Shown here: positions 40,550-53,756 of the stretch, piece after piece
Numbering within the stretch: the stretch's first letter is position 1
Layout of the letters: each line of letters starts with the position of its first letter
NCBI RefSeq assembly: GCF_035084215.1
Contig: NW_027139442.1
Coordinates: forward strand, 1,116,001-1,180,000
Direction of reading: 5' to 3'
Origin: Heptranchias perlo
Taxonomy: Eukaryota
DNA length: 64,000 nucleotides
The notes under the pieces: model-generated
Databases searched by the model: none
What the model was told of the DNA's origin: nothing
The model's input: the letters and a program-made list of their open reading frames with translations, nothing else
Translations under genes and position numbers: made by a program

Positions 40550-41386
40550 TCACTCAAATCGCTGCTGAATGAACAGCAAACTGATATTGGTTCCGTTTTT
40601 ATGCAGCCTGCCCTGACCTGACTGAAACAGACACAGGGTGAGAGAGGGAGGGGAGGAGACAGAGATAAATATTAAACAGGGAGGGGAGGAGACAGAGTGT
40701 GATATTAAACAGGGAGGGGAGGAGACAGTCAGAGTGACGGACAGAGCGGAGAGCGGCCTCTGATCTTCCAGCTCCACCTCCAGCTTTCTCCACCCGCCAA
40801 TTTCAAACCGTTTATCGATAATAGAACCGAAACACAGCGCTCCGCACAAACCCTTACAGACTCGGGCTTCATAGAATCCCAGAGCTTTTCAATAAGCCCC
40901 GTTACAATCAATAGTCAGTAATATTCCTGCCTAAATACAGTCCCTTCTATAACAAGACAACCCGCCTCCTTCCATTTCAGTCCCAGACCCGATTCTATCT
41001 CCCCGCACATTCCCTCCCAGACGGGTTCAGCAGTTTATAAACACTTTATTCCAGCTGATTTGAAGAATCTCATGTGTTGGGGTTTGAATTGTGATAGCTG
41101 CCGATCTCCGCCAGTTTTACCCTGTCACGGACTGTCGCCCTGAATCTGTGAGAAAAAATGAACTGGGACTGGAGCCGAACACACGCCAGTTCCAGTGAGG
41201 CCCGGCCCGGACATCCCATTCTCTCTATTTTATTACAGACATTGGGGGTCGGGCGGTGATAGCGAATGTCAGCGAGTCACCAGGACCCTGGGTTTATTTG
41301 AAATGATTTCTATCTGAAATCTGAGCCCTGCCCCGGGACAGGAATCATCTGATTCCGGGATCAGCTCTTTTCTGAGAGACGTGGGT

Positions 41387-41402
41387 GGCTCTGAGAAGAG
41401 CC
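41387..41402 (-). terminator. Histone 3' stem-loop (H1)
   Basis: rc GGCTCTTCTCAGAGCC-ACCCA; HDE GAAAAGAGCTGA. Confidence 0.97.
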
Positions 41403-41438
41403 GTTGGGTTCAGATGGTCACAAGTTGCACTTGTTTTT

Positions 41439-42056
41439 TTACTTCTTTTTGCCCGCTGCTTTCTTAGGCTTTGCTGACTTCGGCTTGGGCTTGGCCCTCG
41501 GTTTTTCCACCTTCTTCGCCTTCGCCTTCACTGGCTTGGGGGTCTTGGGCTTCTTAGCCGCCGCTTTCTTCTTAATTGGTGATTTCGCCGCCTTTTTCGT
41601 GGTCGATTTCTTGACCGCTGGTTTCTTGGCCGTTAATTTCTTGAGGGCTGTTTTTTTGGCCGCTGGTTTCTTTCCGGGAGATTTCTTGGTCACTTGTTTC
41701 TTCACCTTCTTTCCCACTTTTGCCTGGGTTTCCTTCTTAGCGACTCTGAAGGAGCCCGAGGCGCCCGTGCCCTTGATCTGCACCAGGGAGCCTTTTCCCA
41801 CATTTCTCTTGATACTTAATTTGATCTGGGACCGGTGCTTCTCCACATCCAGGCCTTTGGCAGCCAGAACCTTCTTTATCGCGGCCAGGGATATCCCCTT
41901 GCGATCCTTGCAATCCGCCACAATCTTGAGGATCTGTTCGCCCAACGGGGGACCGGTGGTCTTGGGTCGGGGAACCGCCTTCTTCTTCTTCGGAGCCTTG
42001 GGTGGAGCGGCGGCGGCGGCAGGAGGAGCCGTTTCGGCGGCTGCAGTGTCTGTCAT
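41439..42056 (-). CDS. H1: Replication-dependent linker histone H1 (205 aa)
   Basis: MTDTAAAETAPP..; winged-helix GSLVQIKGTGASGSF; K/A/P-rich tail with SPxK/TPK sites. Confidence 0.97.
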   Translation of the reverse strand: MTDTAAAETAPPAAAAAPPKAPKKKKAVPRPKTTGPPLGEQILKIVADCKDRKGISLAAIKKVLAAKGLDVEKHRSQIKLSIKRNVGKGSLVQIKGTGASGSFRVAKKETQAKVGKKVKKQVTKKSPGKKPAAKKTALKKLTAKKPAVKKSTTKKAAKSPIKKKAAAKKPKTPKPVKAKAKKVEKPRAKPKPKSAKPKKAAGKKK

Positions 42057-42129
42057 GTCCGGGACTCTGTCGAAAATCTCTCTGACAGTCAGAGCTGGGT
42101 CAGAAATGAAACGAGAGGCGGCGGCACAG

Positions 42130-42210
42130 AGCAACTTAAAGGCTCAGAGCGGACGGGGCGGAGACATCCTGCTGTCAGCTCCCGGCCCCTCCAGCCTCTC
42201 TGTGTTTCTC
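42130..42210 (-). promoter_or_regulatory. H1 promoter with H1 box
   Basis: rc AAACACA 42201-42207, GC box at about 42155, TATA-like TTTAAG at about 42135. Confidence 0.75.
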
Positions 42211-44209
42211 TCTCCTCTTAAACTCCCCGATTCCAATTCAAATCGGGCACTCCAGAGTCCCAGACTAGCCCCTTCCTATATCTCACACCGGAATGTTTGC
42301 TGTCGAAAAACTTTCACCCGAATTAAAAGCACCAGTTTCGATTTAAACCCGTTTCATTGCTGCACTGATCGCGCTCTCTCACCCGATCGCTGACATGATC
42401 TCCGTTTTTCACCTGAAATCTTGAATTGATCTGAAACTTTACCTTAATTTTCCACTTCGGAGCTCGGCAGGGGAGGAGGGCGATCCTTTGACAGGGATTT
42501 TTTAAAATTTTACTCAAAAGGGACTCGGAAATCTGGCGATGAGTCCGGCCAAACAAACACAGTGACATTAATCTAACCCATCCGCTCCTTTAACACACTC
42601 TCTCTGACACAATGTTCACATCTTCACATTCACAGGACAAACTGTTCGCCAGATTGACAATTCCCGGGACAGGCTTTCCTCCCCGCTCGGCCTGTGCTGC
42701 AGATTCTCGGGGGTTAGTTGTCGTTTCCCAGCTCAGTAACTGTTAAACACTCCGAGCCCGGCGCTCCTCAGTGTCTGGTCCCCAGATTCAGGGGCAGGAG
42801 CCAATCACAGCTGTGGATGTGATTATCCATATCTGGTTTTACATGATTATATTATTCACACTCAGCAATATGTTTGGTTGAGACGATAATACAAATTCTC
42901 CTCTCTGGGCTCCTCCAGTCTCTCTGTCTTTCTCTCCCTCCTCCTAAACTGACTGACAGACAACAGTAACTGGTGTTCTATCCGTCCCATTCTCAACACC
43001 CAGAGACGGCCAGTTGCTGAATAAATTCAACATTCATAGGCAGTCCAGTGTCAGGCCGTTACAGGCTGTTTCTCCCCACCTTTCCTTATTGGACTGGAGA
43101 CTGATAAATGCACCGTCAGACCGGCTCATACATAATAGAAGGGACAGTGACCGTCTCACCAACAGCACCGGAGGTCTGTTCACAGACACAGAATTAGTCT
43201 TTACCTTCCAACAGGGTGTTCATATTACGCTCAATAACACTATCCCGCTTTCATGTACAGCGCTGGAGGGAGAGAAATACAGACGGACAGATAAAGAGAC
43301 AGACAGAGACAGGCACACAGACAAAGTATCATTCTCACACTTCCTCTCAGTGTGTCCGTTTCACACTCAGCAAACAGTATCGCACCTTCGTGTACAGCGC
43401 TAGAGAGATACAGACAGGCAGAGTATCAGCCATACGCTTCCCATCAGTCTCTCTGTATCACGCTCAGCAGCAGTATTCCACCTTCATATGTTGTACATAA
43501 GAGAGAGAGAAACTGACCTGCAATGTCCCGTTTTCACCCAGTAACAAATTGGAAAATTCTCCATTCCAATTGCCATTCCAAGCTGGAGTGACGGAAGATG
43601 CAGTCTCATCTCTCACTGTTATTATTTCAGAGACAGACACATTATTAATCCCACTCTCAGGGACAGTGTCACGCATTTAACCCTCTCTTGCATGTTGTAC
43701 CCTCTGCAATTTTGCAGCTCAGGGACCTTCTGTATTTCTCTCAGTGACCGAGAGTTTCACTCCGATTGCAATAAACTGGGACTGTAGCCGTCAAATATTA
43801 ATCCTACACGATCCCAGCAAATACACCGACTCCCACTTTCCTCCCATGTTTCTCCAGGATTGGTTCGAGGAATCCGGACTCCAGATACGGAGTCACAAGT
43901 TTCTTTGTCAGTAAAGGGACCAAGAATGAACAGAACCAATTGGCTCATTTCACAGCCGCCCACTTTATCTCTGAAAGACTCTTTTCCATCAAAAGATACC
44001 GAGAGAAACAGCAAGGATGGAAACATCTAGTTTAATCGGAAGAGATTGTAAAGTCAGTCTGGATTCCAGCGTTAGGCACTGGTGGAATCCCATCTGTTTC
44101 CCATTCTGGTGCCTGTTCCTGCACTGCCTGTGGACCCCATTCCCTCTGACCTTTCCCCCAGCCCCACTTCCTTTGCTCAGACTCTGAAAAATTCCAATTG
44201 GGGAAAGTT

Positions 44210-44640
44210 TCCATCGATTTTTGTATTGAGAATTAAACCAGATACCTGCGCATGCGCGACTCAGCCCCGCCCCCAGCGCTGGTTGTTGGTGAGCGGAAGA
44301 GCGCATGCGCTCTCCCCTCCCCCAGCTCGGCCTGTGGGCGCCATTCACTCAGTGAGCGGAAGAAGATGGTTTGAAACAGCCGGGAATGGAGAGATCACGG
44401 CCCCCGGGGGAAGGGAGCAAAGAGCAGCCTCGTTACAGCAGCTCATCGCATCGGGACCGTGTCCGCAGATGGGCTCAGAGATCGGCATTGAATCCGGGGG
44501 AAGGTCAGGGGGAGTCCGGGGGCTGTTTGTAAGAGGCGGAGTGGATCAGGAACTGGTCCCGGAACATGGAGTGAGCGGGGGAAGGGAGAGGTCATTCTCG
44601 GGCTGTGTGTCTACCGGGTGTGTCCAGGGTAAGGGAGAGA
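44210..44640 (+). promoter_or_regulatory. Repeated CpG promoter module, copy 3, with candidate first-exon donor
   Basis: TGCGCATGCGC 44247, palindrome GAGCGCATGCGCTC 44299-44312, GC box, two GCGGAAG, donor CAGG|GTAAGG at 44629. Confidence 0.65.
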
Positions 44641-47600
44641 GAATGGGAAGAACCTGCTATTTAAAACCATTGCTGCTTTCTCTCCCCAAACCAGTAGTGA
44701 ATGTTCCTGGTTTAGTTCCAGTCTCACCCTGTTTATTGTTATTGGACAGTGAAGAGTGGAAACAGAGCCGGACAGGAAGGATGTGGGGAGTTATACAAAG
44801 AGCATCTATTGCAGGCATCAGGTGAGAAGTGTGAAGGGCACATTTTAAACAGCGGCTGTTTGATTTCGGTTGAACGGTTAGTCCCATGGGAGAGGGGATT
44901 AGAAACCTGACGTGTGCAAAGGTCCCCGCCCCACGGGTCGTCCCATTCATGGATCAGTGCAGGGGTTGGGTTGTGTCTGGATGTCACTAAATCGTTGTAA
45001 AATTGCCCAACACACCTGGTGTGCAGAAGCTGAGTGCTGCAGTACTGCAGTGGAGTCACACACTGACACTGTTTGTATCACTGGTTCTCATTTGTGGATA
45101 TTCAAAATAATCATTGATATGGATATTAATTCGAACACTTTTGTATTTTCTCCCTCACTGGTTCTTGAGTTACAAGAGGTAATTTTCTTCCTGCAGGCAA
45201 ATCCTTGATGGATCCAGAATCAGTGTTATGTTTCCTCCACTCGAGGCACAAGGAACAGTGCAGCCAACTCCTTCTCCCATACAGTGAGTACATTATCACA
45301 CACAGCGCACAGAGACACAGACAGGTCATCAGTTCCACAGTCTCAGACAGCAGAAGTCGTCATTCCCACACTGATCCCAAGATCCAGAGACACATTTTCA
45401 ATCCAACAGTCAAACAGAGCAGGTGAGGCAGACACTGTTCCATTTCCCCCGAGCTGAGTCCCGCTGACAGGTAGATACAAAAATCCCAGTCCAAGATCAC
45501 ACTATCAGATGGAAAGGCACTGTATCAATCTCACAATAGGGCAACATTAGCTACGAATTAAATACCAGATCGAAATCACACATGGTACCCGATTTAAAGG
45601 TGCAGAATGAATCCCAATAATGTACCCTGAGATTCCAATTGATTACTCGCCCAGAACTCTCACACACATGTGAGTTGATACACTATGCGAATGGATATTG
45701 CATGTATCATGTGATACAAATTGCATACGAGTACAAAACTCATGTACAGTATCAGATTAAAAATGCTGTGAGAGTGTAATCTGAGAAACAAATTAGATAT
45801 CAGTTTATAATGGACTCATATTGTGAGATGTAAAGATACAGTATCAATTCTATTAGTACAGACTGAGCTATACATTATACGCCATTTGAAAAGTGTCACC
45901 ATATCAATTTGAAAGATATATTATCTTTCACAATAGTACTCACAGAGATACAGATTTAATAGTAGTTCAAAAAGCACACAAATTATCTGATTAAAACCTA
46001 CAGTGTCAAATCCTAAAGTGTATCCACATTTACCAATTAAATAATGAGAAATATGATCGAAACATGAAGATATTAAAGCTAACATTTTTATGCCATAATG
46101 CAATCTGAGAGAATAATTACATACAGATACAGAATGAATCTCACACTCAGATATAGTACCAGAGACTGACAGATGCAGAAGGAATCCCAAACTCACATAC
46201 AATAATAGAGACTGACAGACACAGAGCGAATCCTACACTCACATATGGTACCAGAGATGACAGATATCGAATGAATCCCACACTGGCATACAGTACCAAG
46301 GGCTGATAGATATCTAGTTAATTACTCACTCTCATAAAGTACTAGAGACTGACAGAAAGATAATGACTCCCACATTCACACAGTACCAGAGCCTGAGAGA
46401 TACAGAATGAATCACATACTCACACACAGTACCAGAGACTGACAGATAGAGAATGCATCCCACACCAACATGCAGTCTGAGAGGCTGCATATACAGAAAG
46501 AATTCAACACCCACATACAAGACTGGAGACTGAAAGACACAGAATAAATCCCACACTCACAGTATCAGAGACTGCATATATAGATTAAATCGCAAACTCA
46601 CACACACTACTGACAAGATACAGAATGAATCCCACACTGACAAACTGTTCCAGATACTGAGAGATACAAAATGAATCACACATTAGTGCAGGCTGAGTAA
46701 CATTATTTACCATTCCAAGAAGTATCAGATTGAAAGATACAGTATCAATTCCATTAGTGCAGACTGATCTACACATTATATACCACTACAAAAACTGATG
46801 CAGATTCAGACTGAAATATACAGTATTCCATTCATGCAGACTGAGCTACACATCATATACAAGTTCAAAAATGTCACCATATCAGTTTGGAAGATAAACT
46901 AATTCACAATTGTGTTCCCATCGATACAGATTTAATAGTAGTCCAAAAAGTGCCCACATTCTCTGACTATATTCTAAAGCATTTCATTATCAACCAATTA
47001 AACACTGGGAAAAATATGCATTCATTGAGGTATTAAAGATAAAGTTTTGAACACCATACTGTAAACGGAGATACAAATTACATACAGATAAGGAATGAAT
47101 CTCACACTCAGATAGAGGGCCAGAGAGTGAGAACACAGAATGAAACCAGCACTCACACAATGTAACAGTGACTGACAGATACCGAATGAATCCGACACTC
47201 ACACACAGTACAAGGGACTGACAGATATAGAATGAATCACACACACCCACAGTACCAGAGCCTGACAGATACAGAATGAATCCCACACGCACAGACAGTA
47301 CTAGGGACTGACAGATACAGAATGAATCCCACACTCACAGACAGTGCTAGGGACTGACAGATACAGAATGAATCTCACAGTCACACACATTAATGCAGTC
47401 TGAGTTACACATTACACATCAGTCCAAAAATCTCATAGTGTCAGATTGAAAGATACAGTATCAATTCCATTAGTGCAGACTGATCTACATATTATAAAGC
47501 ACTACAAAAAACTGATAAAGATTCAGACTGAAATATACAGTATACCTTTCAAGCAGACTGAGCTACACATCATATACAAGTTCAAAAATGTCACCATATC

Positions 47601-50600
47601 ATTTTGGAAGATAAACTAATTCACAATTTTTTTCCCATCGATACAGATTTAATAGAAGTCCAAAAAGTGCCCACATTCTCTGATTATAACCGAAAACATT
47701 ATATTTTAAAATGTATCATTATCTACCAATTAAACACTGGGAAAAATTATTGATACATTGAGGTATTAATGAGAGAGTTTTGAACACCATACTGTAAACA
47801 GAGACACAAATTACATACAGATAAAGAATGAATCTCACACTCAGATAGAGGGCCAAAGACTGACATGCAAATTGAAAACAGCACTCAAACAATGTAACAG
47901 TGACTGACAGATACAGAATGATTCCTACACTCACACACATTACAAGGGACTGACAGATACAGAATGAATCCTGCACTCACACACATTACAAGGGACTGAC
48001 AGATACAGAATGAATCCCACACTCACACACATTACAAGGGACTGACAGACTTAGAATGAATCACACACTCCCACGGTACCAGAGACTGACAGATACAGAA
48101 TGAATCCTAAACTCACACACTGTAGCACAGACTAACAGAGACAAAATTTATATCACTCACAAACAGTACCAGGAATTGATAGATGCAGAATGAAAGTCTC
48201 CCTCACATATAGCACCTGACACTGACGAAAACAGAATGAAACGCACATTCACACAAAATACCAGGGACTAACAGATATTGAATGAATCCCATACTCACAC
48301 ACAGTACCAGATACTGACAGATACAGAGTTAATTCCACACTTATACACAGTACCTGAGACTGGCAGATACAGAATTAATCCCACTCTCATATACAGTGCC
48401 ACAGACTTGCAGATACAGAATGATCCCAAACTCATATGTAGTGCCCGAGACTGAGAGATACAGAATTAACACCATGCTCACACTCAGTACCAGAGACTGG
48501 CAGATACAGAATGAATCCCACACTCACACAGTATCAGATATTGACAGATGCAGAGTAAACCCCGCTCTCACACACAGTACTGGAGACTGACTTCTGCTGG
48601 ACGTAAGCGAGAACTGTAAAAGAACGGAACAAATTCACATTTTATGTCGTGGTTGCAGAAATCGGACAATGTGCAACGTGAGGAAAGGTTCTGTCTGTAA
48701 CTTCTACTCCCGTATTTTTGCTCGTTTTGTTATTGAAAAATGATGACAATTGTTTTATAATAAAGTTTTTGTTTCACTCATTCGATAGTTGTGAATTTGC
48801 CCCATTATATTTCACTGTACATTGCACAGTATTTCTCTCTGATTTCTCAGGACACGATTTGCATTGCTCCTTTACCCCATTTAGACACTTATTTTCCAAG
48901 CAGTATGTGGCCTCCTTATTTCTCCTGGCAAAATGCACCACCTCACACCTTTCTATATTGAAATTCAATGGCCATTGACACGGCCGTTCTGCAAGCTTAT
49001 TTTGTCGTAGTCTTCCTCAGTATTGACTACACCCCCTAAATTAATTACAATCATTTAATACAGCATTACAACCAATGTTTTATCGAAAAAATGTTCTCCA
49101 TTCCCAGTTTTTCTAAATCCCACCCGTACAATATAATGTGAAGAATGAGTTTATCTTCTGTCCCTCTCTCATCTGTAAACTTCAATGACCCGGGGTTTGA
49201 GGATATCTACTGGCCGGAAGCAGAACTGCAACAGTTCGGAACAAATTGCTGAAACCGGACAATGTGCAGTGTGAGCGTGTTTGTGATTGGTGGCAGGTAT
49301 TAAATCTGATTTTTTAAAACCTGACCATTAACCTTTAGTGTTTGTTATTGAAGAGTAAACAGAGCCGGACAGTAAGGATGTGGGGAGTTATACAAAGAGT
49401 ATCTATTGCAGGCATCAGGTGAGAAGTTTGAAGGACACATTTTAAACAGTGGCTGTTTTGTTTCGGTTGAACGGTTAGTCCCATGGAAGAGGGGATTAGA
49501 AATCTGATATGTGCAAAGCTCCCCGCCCCATCTTGTAGTCCCATTCATGGATCAGTCCAGGGTTTGGGTTTTGTCTGAATGCCACTAAGCTGTTGTAAAA
49601 CAGCCCAACACACCTGGTGTGCAGAAGCTGAGTGCTGCAGTACTGCAGTGGAGTCAGACACTGACACTGTTTGTATCGCTGATTTTCATTTGTGGATATT
49701 CAATATTATTATTAACAGATATTAATCTGATCACTTCTGCATTTTCTACCTCACCTGTTCTTGATTTACAAGAGATACGTTTCTTTCTACAGGCAAATAC
49801 TTGAAGGAGCCAGAATGACTGTGAAATTTCCTCCACCCGAGGCAAAGGAACAGTGCAGCCAGCTCCTTCTCACACACAGTAGGTATATTCTCACTCTCAG
49901 AGCACAGAGACACAGACAGGTCATCAGTTCTACAGTCCCACACAGCAGAAGTAGTCAGTCCCACACTGATCCCAAGTTCCAGAGTCACATTTTCAATCCA
50001 ACAGTCAAACAGAGCAGGTGAGGCAGACACTGTTCCATTTCTCCCGAACTCAGTCCCGCTGACAGGTAGATACAAAAATCCCAGCCCAAAATCACACTAT
50101 CAGATTGTCAATTTCACAAAAGGGCAACATTAGCCATGAAATAAATCCCAGATGTCCCGAGATTCAAATTGAATACTAGCCCAGAACTCTCTAACACACG
50201 TGAGTTTAATACATGCAGTATCCATTCGAATAGTGTATCATTCAAATACAAAATGAAGGCCGAAACTCATGTACAATATCAGATTGAGAATTGCTGTGAC
50301 AGTGTAACCTGAGAAACAAATTAGATACCAGTTTATAATATACTCACAGTATGAGATTTAAAGATACAGTATCAATTCTATTAGCACAGACTGAGATACA
50401 CATTATTTACCAATTCAGAAATGTCACCATATCAATTTGAAAGATAAATTATCATTCACAATATTACTCACAGATTTACAGATTTAATAGTAGTCCAAAA
50501 AGCACACAAATTATCTGATTAAAGCCTCCAGCTTCAAATACGAAAGTGTATCCATATTTACCAATTAAATAATGAGAAAAGCTATTCAAACATTAACATA

Positions 50601-52553
50601 TTAAAGCTACAGTATTGAACATCATAATGTAATCTGAGAGAATAATTATGGACAGAAACAGAATGAATCTCACACTCCGATACAGTACAGAGACAGACAT
50701 GCAGAAGGAATCCCAAACTCGCATACAGTACTAGAGGTTGCCAGACACAGAGTGAATCCCATACTCAAGTATGGTACCAGAGATGACAGAAACAGAATGA
50801 ATCCCACTCAGGCATACAGTACCAAGGACAGACAGATACCGAGTTCATCCCAAATTCTAATAAAGCACTAGAGACTGAGAGGTAAAGTATGAATCGCAAA
50901 CTCACACACAGCAGCAGAGACTGACAGACACAGAATGAATCCCACACTCACACACAGTACCAGAGAATGACAGATACAGAATGAATCCCACACTCACTCA
51001 CAGCACCTGAGACTGACAGATACAGAATGAATCCCACACTCACTCATAGCACCCGAGACTGACAGATACAAAATGAATCCCACACTCACACACAGTACCA
51101 GAGACTGAGAGATACAAGGTGAATCTCACAGTCACCTACATTAGTGCAGGCTGAGTTATAAATTACGTTCCAGTCCAAAAATCTCAGTGTCAGATTGAAA
51201 GATACAGTATCAATTCCATTAGTGCAGACTGAGCTGCACATTAGAAACCACGACAACAAAACTGATACAGATTCAGACTGAAATATACAGCATTCCATTC
51301 ATGCAGACTGAGCTACACATTATATACAAGTTCAAAAATGTCACCATATCAATTGGAAGATGCACAAATTCACAATTGTGTTCCCAATGTAGATTTAATA
51401 GAAGTCCAAAAATAGATGCCCACATTATCTTATTACATTTTTAAAAATGTCATTATCTACCAATTAAAACTGGGAAAAATTATTCATACATTTAAGTATT
51501 AAAGATACAGATGTGAACGCCATCCTGTAAATGAAGATATAAATTAGATACAGATAAAGAATGAATCTCTCACTCCGATAGAGTGCCAGAGACTGATATG
51601 TAGAATGAATCCCAAACTCATACAATGTACCAGCGACTGACAGATTCAAAATGAATCCCACACTCACACACTGTAGCACAGACTGACAGATACAGAATTT
51701 ATATCACTCACATACAGTTCAGAAATTGATAGATACAGAATGAATGTCTCACTCACATACAGCACCAGAGACTGACAGGAACAGAACGAATCGCTCACAC
51801 ATACAAAATCAGAGACAGAGCGATATGGAATGAATCCCAAACTCACACACAGTACCAGAGACTGATAGATCCAGAATGAATACCACATTCACATAGAGTA
51901 TCAGGAACTGACAATCACAGAATGAATCTCACAGTCACACTACTGCAGATTGAATTACATTTTACATACCAGTTCAAAGATATCATGGTGTCAGATTGAA
52001 AGCGACGGTATGAATTCCATTAGTGCAGACTGAGCTACATAGTAGAAATATTAGTAAATACTCATAGAGTATTATACTGAAATAAACAGTATCAATACCA
52101 TTGGTTCAGACTGAGCTACACATTATATACCAGTCCAAAAACCTCATAAATGATCAGACTGGAAGATACAGTATCAATTCTATTAGCACTGCCTGACCTG
52201 TACATTACATACCAGACTGAAAATCCCATAAAATCTTCGACTGAAATAAACAGTATCAATTCCATGAGTGCAGACTGAGCCACACATTATATAGCAGTCC
52301 AAGAATCTCATACGCTATCAGACTCAAAGATACAATAACAATTCCATTAGCACAGATGACGAGTCCAAAAATCTCATAGAATATCAGATTGAAAGATTCA
52401 GTATCACTTCCATTTGTGCAGAATGAGCTACACATCACATTCCAGTCCAAAAATCTCATACAGTATCAGACTGATAGATACAGTATCAATTCCTTTAGTG
52501 CAATTGTAAACAATTTTACAACACCAAGTTATAGTCCAGCAATTTTATTTTAA

Positions 52554-52594
52554 ATTCACAAGCTTTCGGAGATTTTCTCCTTCCTCAGGCAAAT
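52554..52594 (-). ncRNA. Minimal type-I hammerhead ribozyme in the Penelope terminal repeat
   Basis: rc AUUUGC-CUGAGGA-A-GGAG-AAAAU-CUCC-GAAA-GC-UU-GUGAAU: core boxes, 4-bp stem II, palindromic AGCU stem III, 6-bp stem I. Confidence 0.75.
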
Positions 52595-52844
52595 GTTTCA
52601 AGATCTCCTTGAAGCCTACGCATTTATACATATTGAACAATAATACATGGTGTTTACAGACTGCCCCTGCAACTGCCCGTTGCCAAGGCAATCACCGTGT
52701 TCAGACAGAGAGGTGTTACCTGTAGAACCTCCGAATACACATTCAACAAAAAAACAAACAGGGAAAAAAAACAGAGAAAAAAAAAACACAGAGAGAGGCA
52801 GAAACATCCGGAAGGCAGAGAGAGCCAGCAACTGACCCATTATA

Positions 52845-53756
52845 TTAAAAACAGATAACATTTGTTCGCTGGTGGTGTAACGTGTAGCGTGACATGAACC
52901 CAAGATCCCGGTTGAGGCCGTCCTCATGGGTGCGGAACTTGGCTATCAATTTCTGCTCGACGATTTTGCGTTGTCGTGTGTCTCGAAGGCCGCCTTGGAG
53001 TACGCTTACCCGAAGGTCGGTGGATGAATGTCCATGACTGCTGAAGTGTTCCCCGACTGGGAGGGAACCCTCCTGTTTGGCGATTGTTGCGCGGTGTCCG
53101 TTCATCCGTTGTCGCAGCGTCTGCATGGTCTCGCCAATGTACCATGCTCTGGGGCATCCTTTCCTGCAACGTATGAGGTAGACAACGTTGGCTGAGTCAC
53201 AGGAGTATGAACCATGCACCTGGTGGGTGGTGTCATCTCGTGTGATGGTGGTATCTGTGTCGATGATCTGGCATGTCTTGCAGAGGTTACCGTGGCAGGG
53301 TTGTGTGGCGTCGTGGACGCTGTTCTCTTGAAAGCTAGGTAGTTTGCTGCGAACGATGGTCTGTTTGAGGTTGGGTGGCTGTTTAAAGGCGAGTAGTGGA
53401 GGTGTGGGGATGGCCATAGCGAGGTGTTTGTCCTCATTGATGACATGTTGAAGGCTGCGGAGAACATGGCGTAGTTTCTCCGCTCCGGGGAAGTACTGGA
53501 CGACAAAGGGTACTCTGTTGGTTGCGTCCCGTGTTAGTCTCCTGAGGAGGTCTATGCGATTTTTTGCTGTGGCCCGTCGGAACTGTCGATCGATGAGTCG
53601 AGCGTCATATCCCGTTCTTACTAGGGCGTCTTTCAGCGTCTGTAGGTGTCCATCGCGTTCCTCCTCGTCTGAGCAGACCCTGTGTATTCGCAGGGCCTGT
53701 CCATAGGGGATGGCCTCTTTGACGTGGTTAGGGTGGAAGCTGGAAAAGTGGAGCAT
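52845..53756 (-). CDS. Penelope ORF C-terminal part (RT thumb/linker + GIY-YIG endonuclease), uninterrupted
   Basis: HFSSFHP..AIPYGQALRIHRVCS; CKTC; VVYLIRC..WYIGET.QTLRQRMNGH; EQKLI..GLNRD. Confidence 0.92.
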   Translation of the reverse strand: MLHFSSFHPNHVKEAIPYGQALRIHRVCSDEEERDGHLQTLKDALVRTGYDARLIDRQFRRATAKNRIDLLRRLTRDATNRVPFVVQYFPGAEKLRHVLRSLQHVINEDKHLAMAIPTPPLLAFKQPPNLKQTIVRSKLPSFQENSVHDATQPCHGNLCKTCQIIDTDTTITRDDTTHQVHGSYSCDSANVVYLIRCRKGCPRAWYIGETMQTLRQRMNGHRATIAKQEGSLPVGEHFSSHGHSSTDLRVSVLQGGLRDTRQRKIVEQKLIAKFRTHEDGLNRDLGFMSRYTLHHQRTNVICF

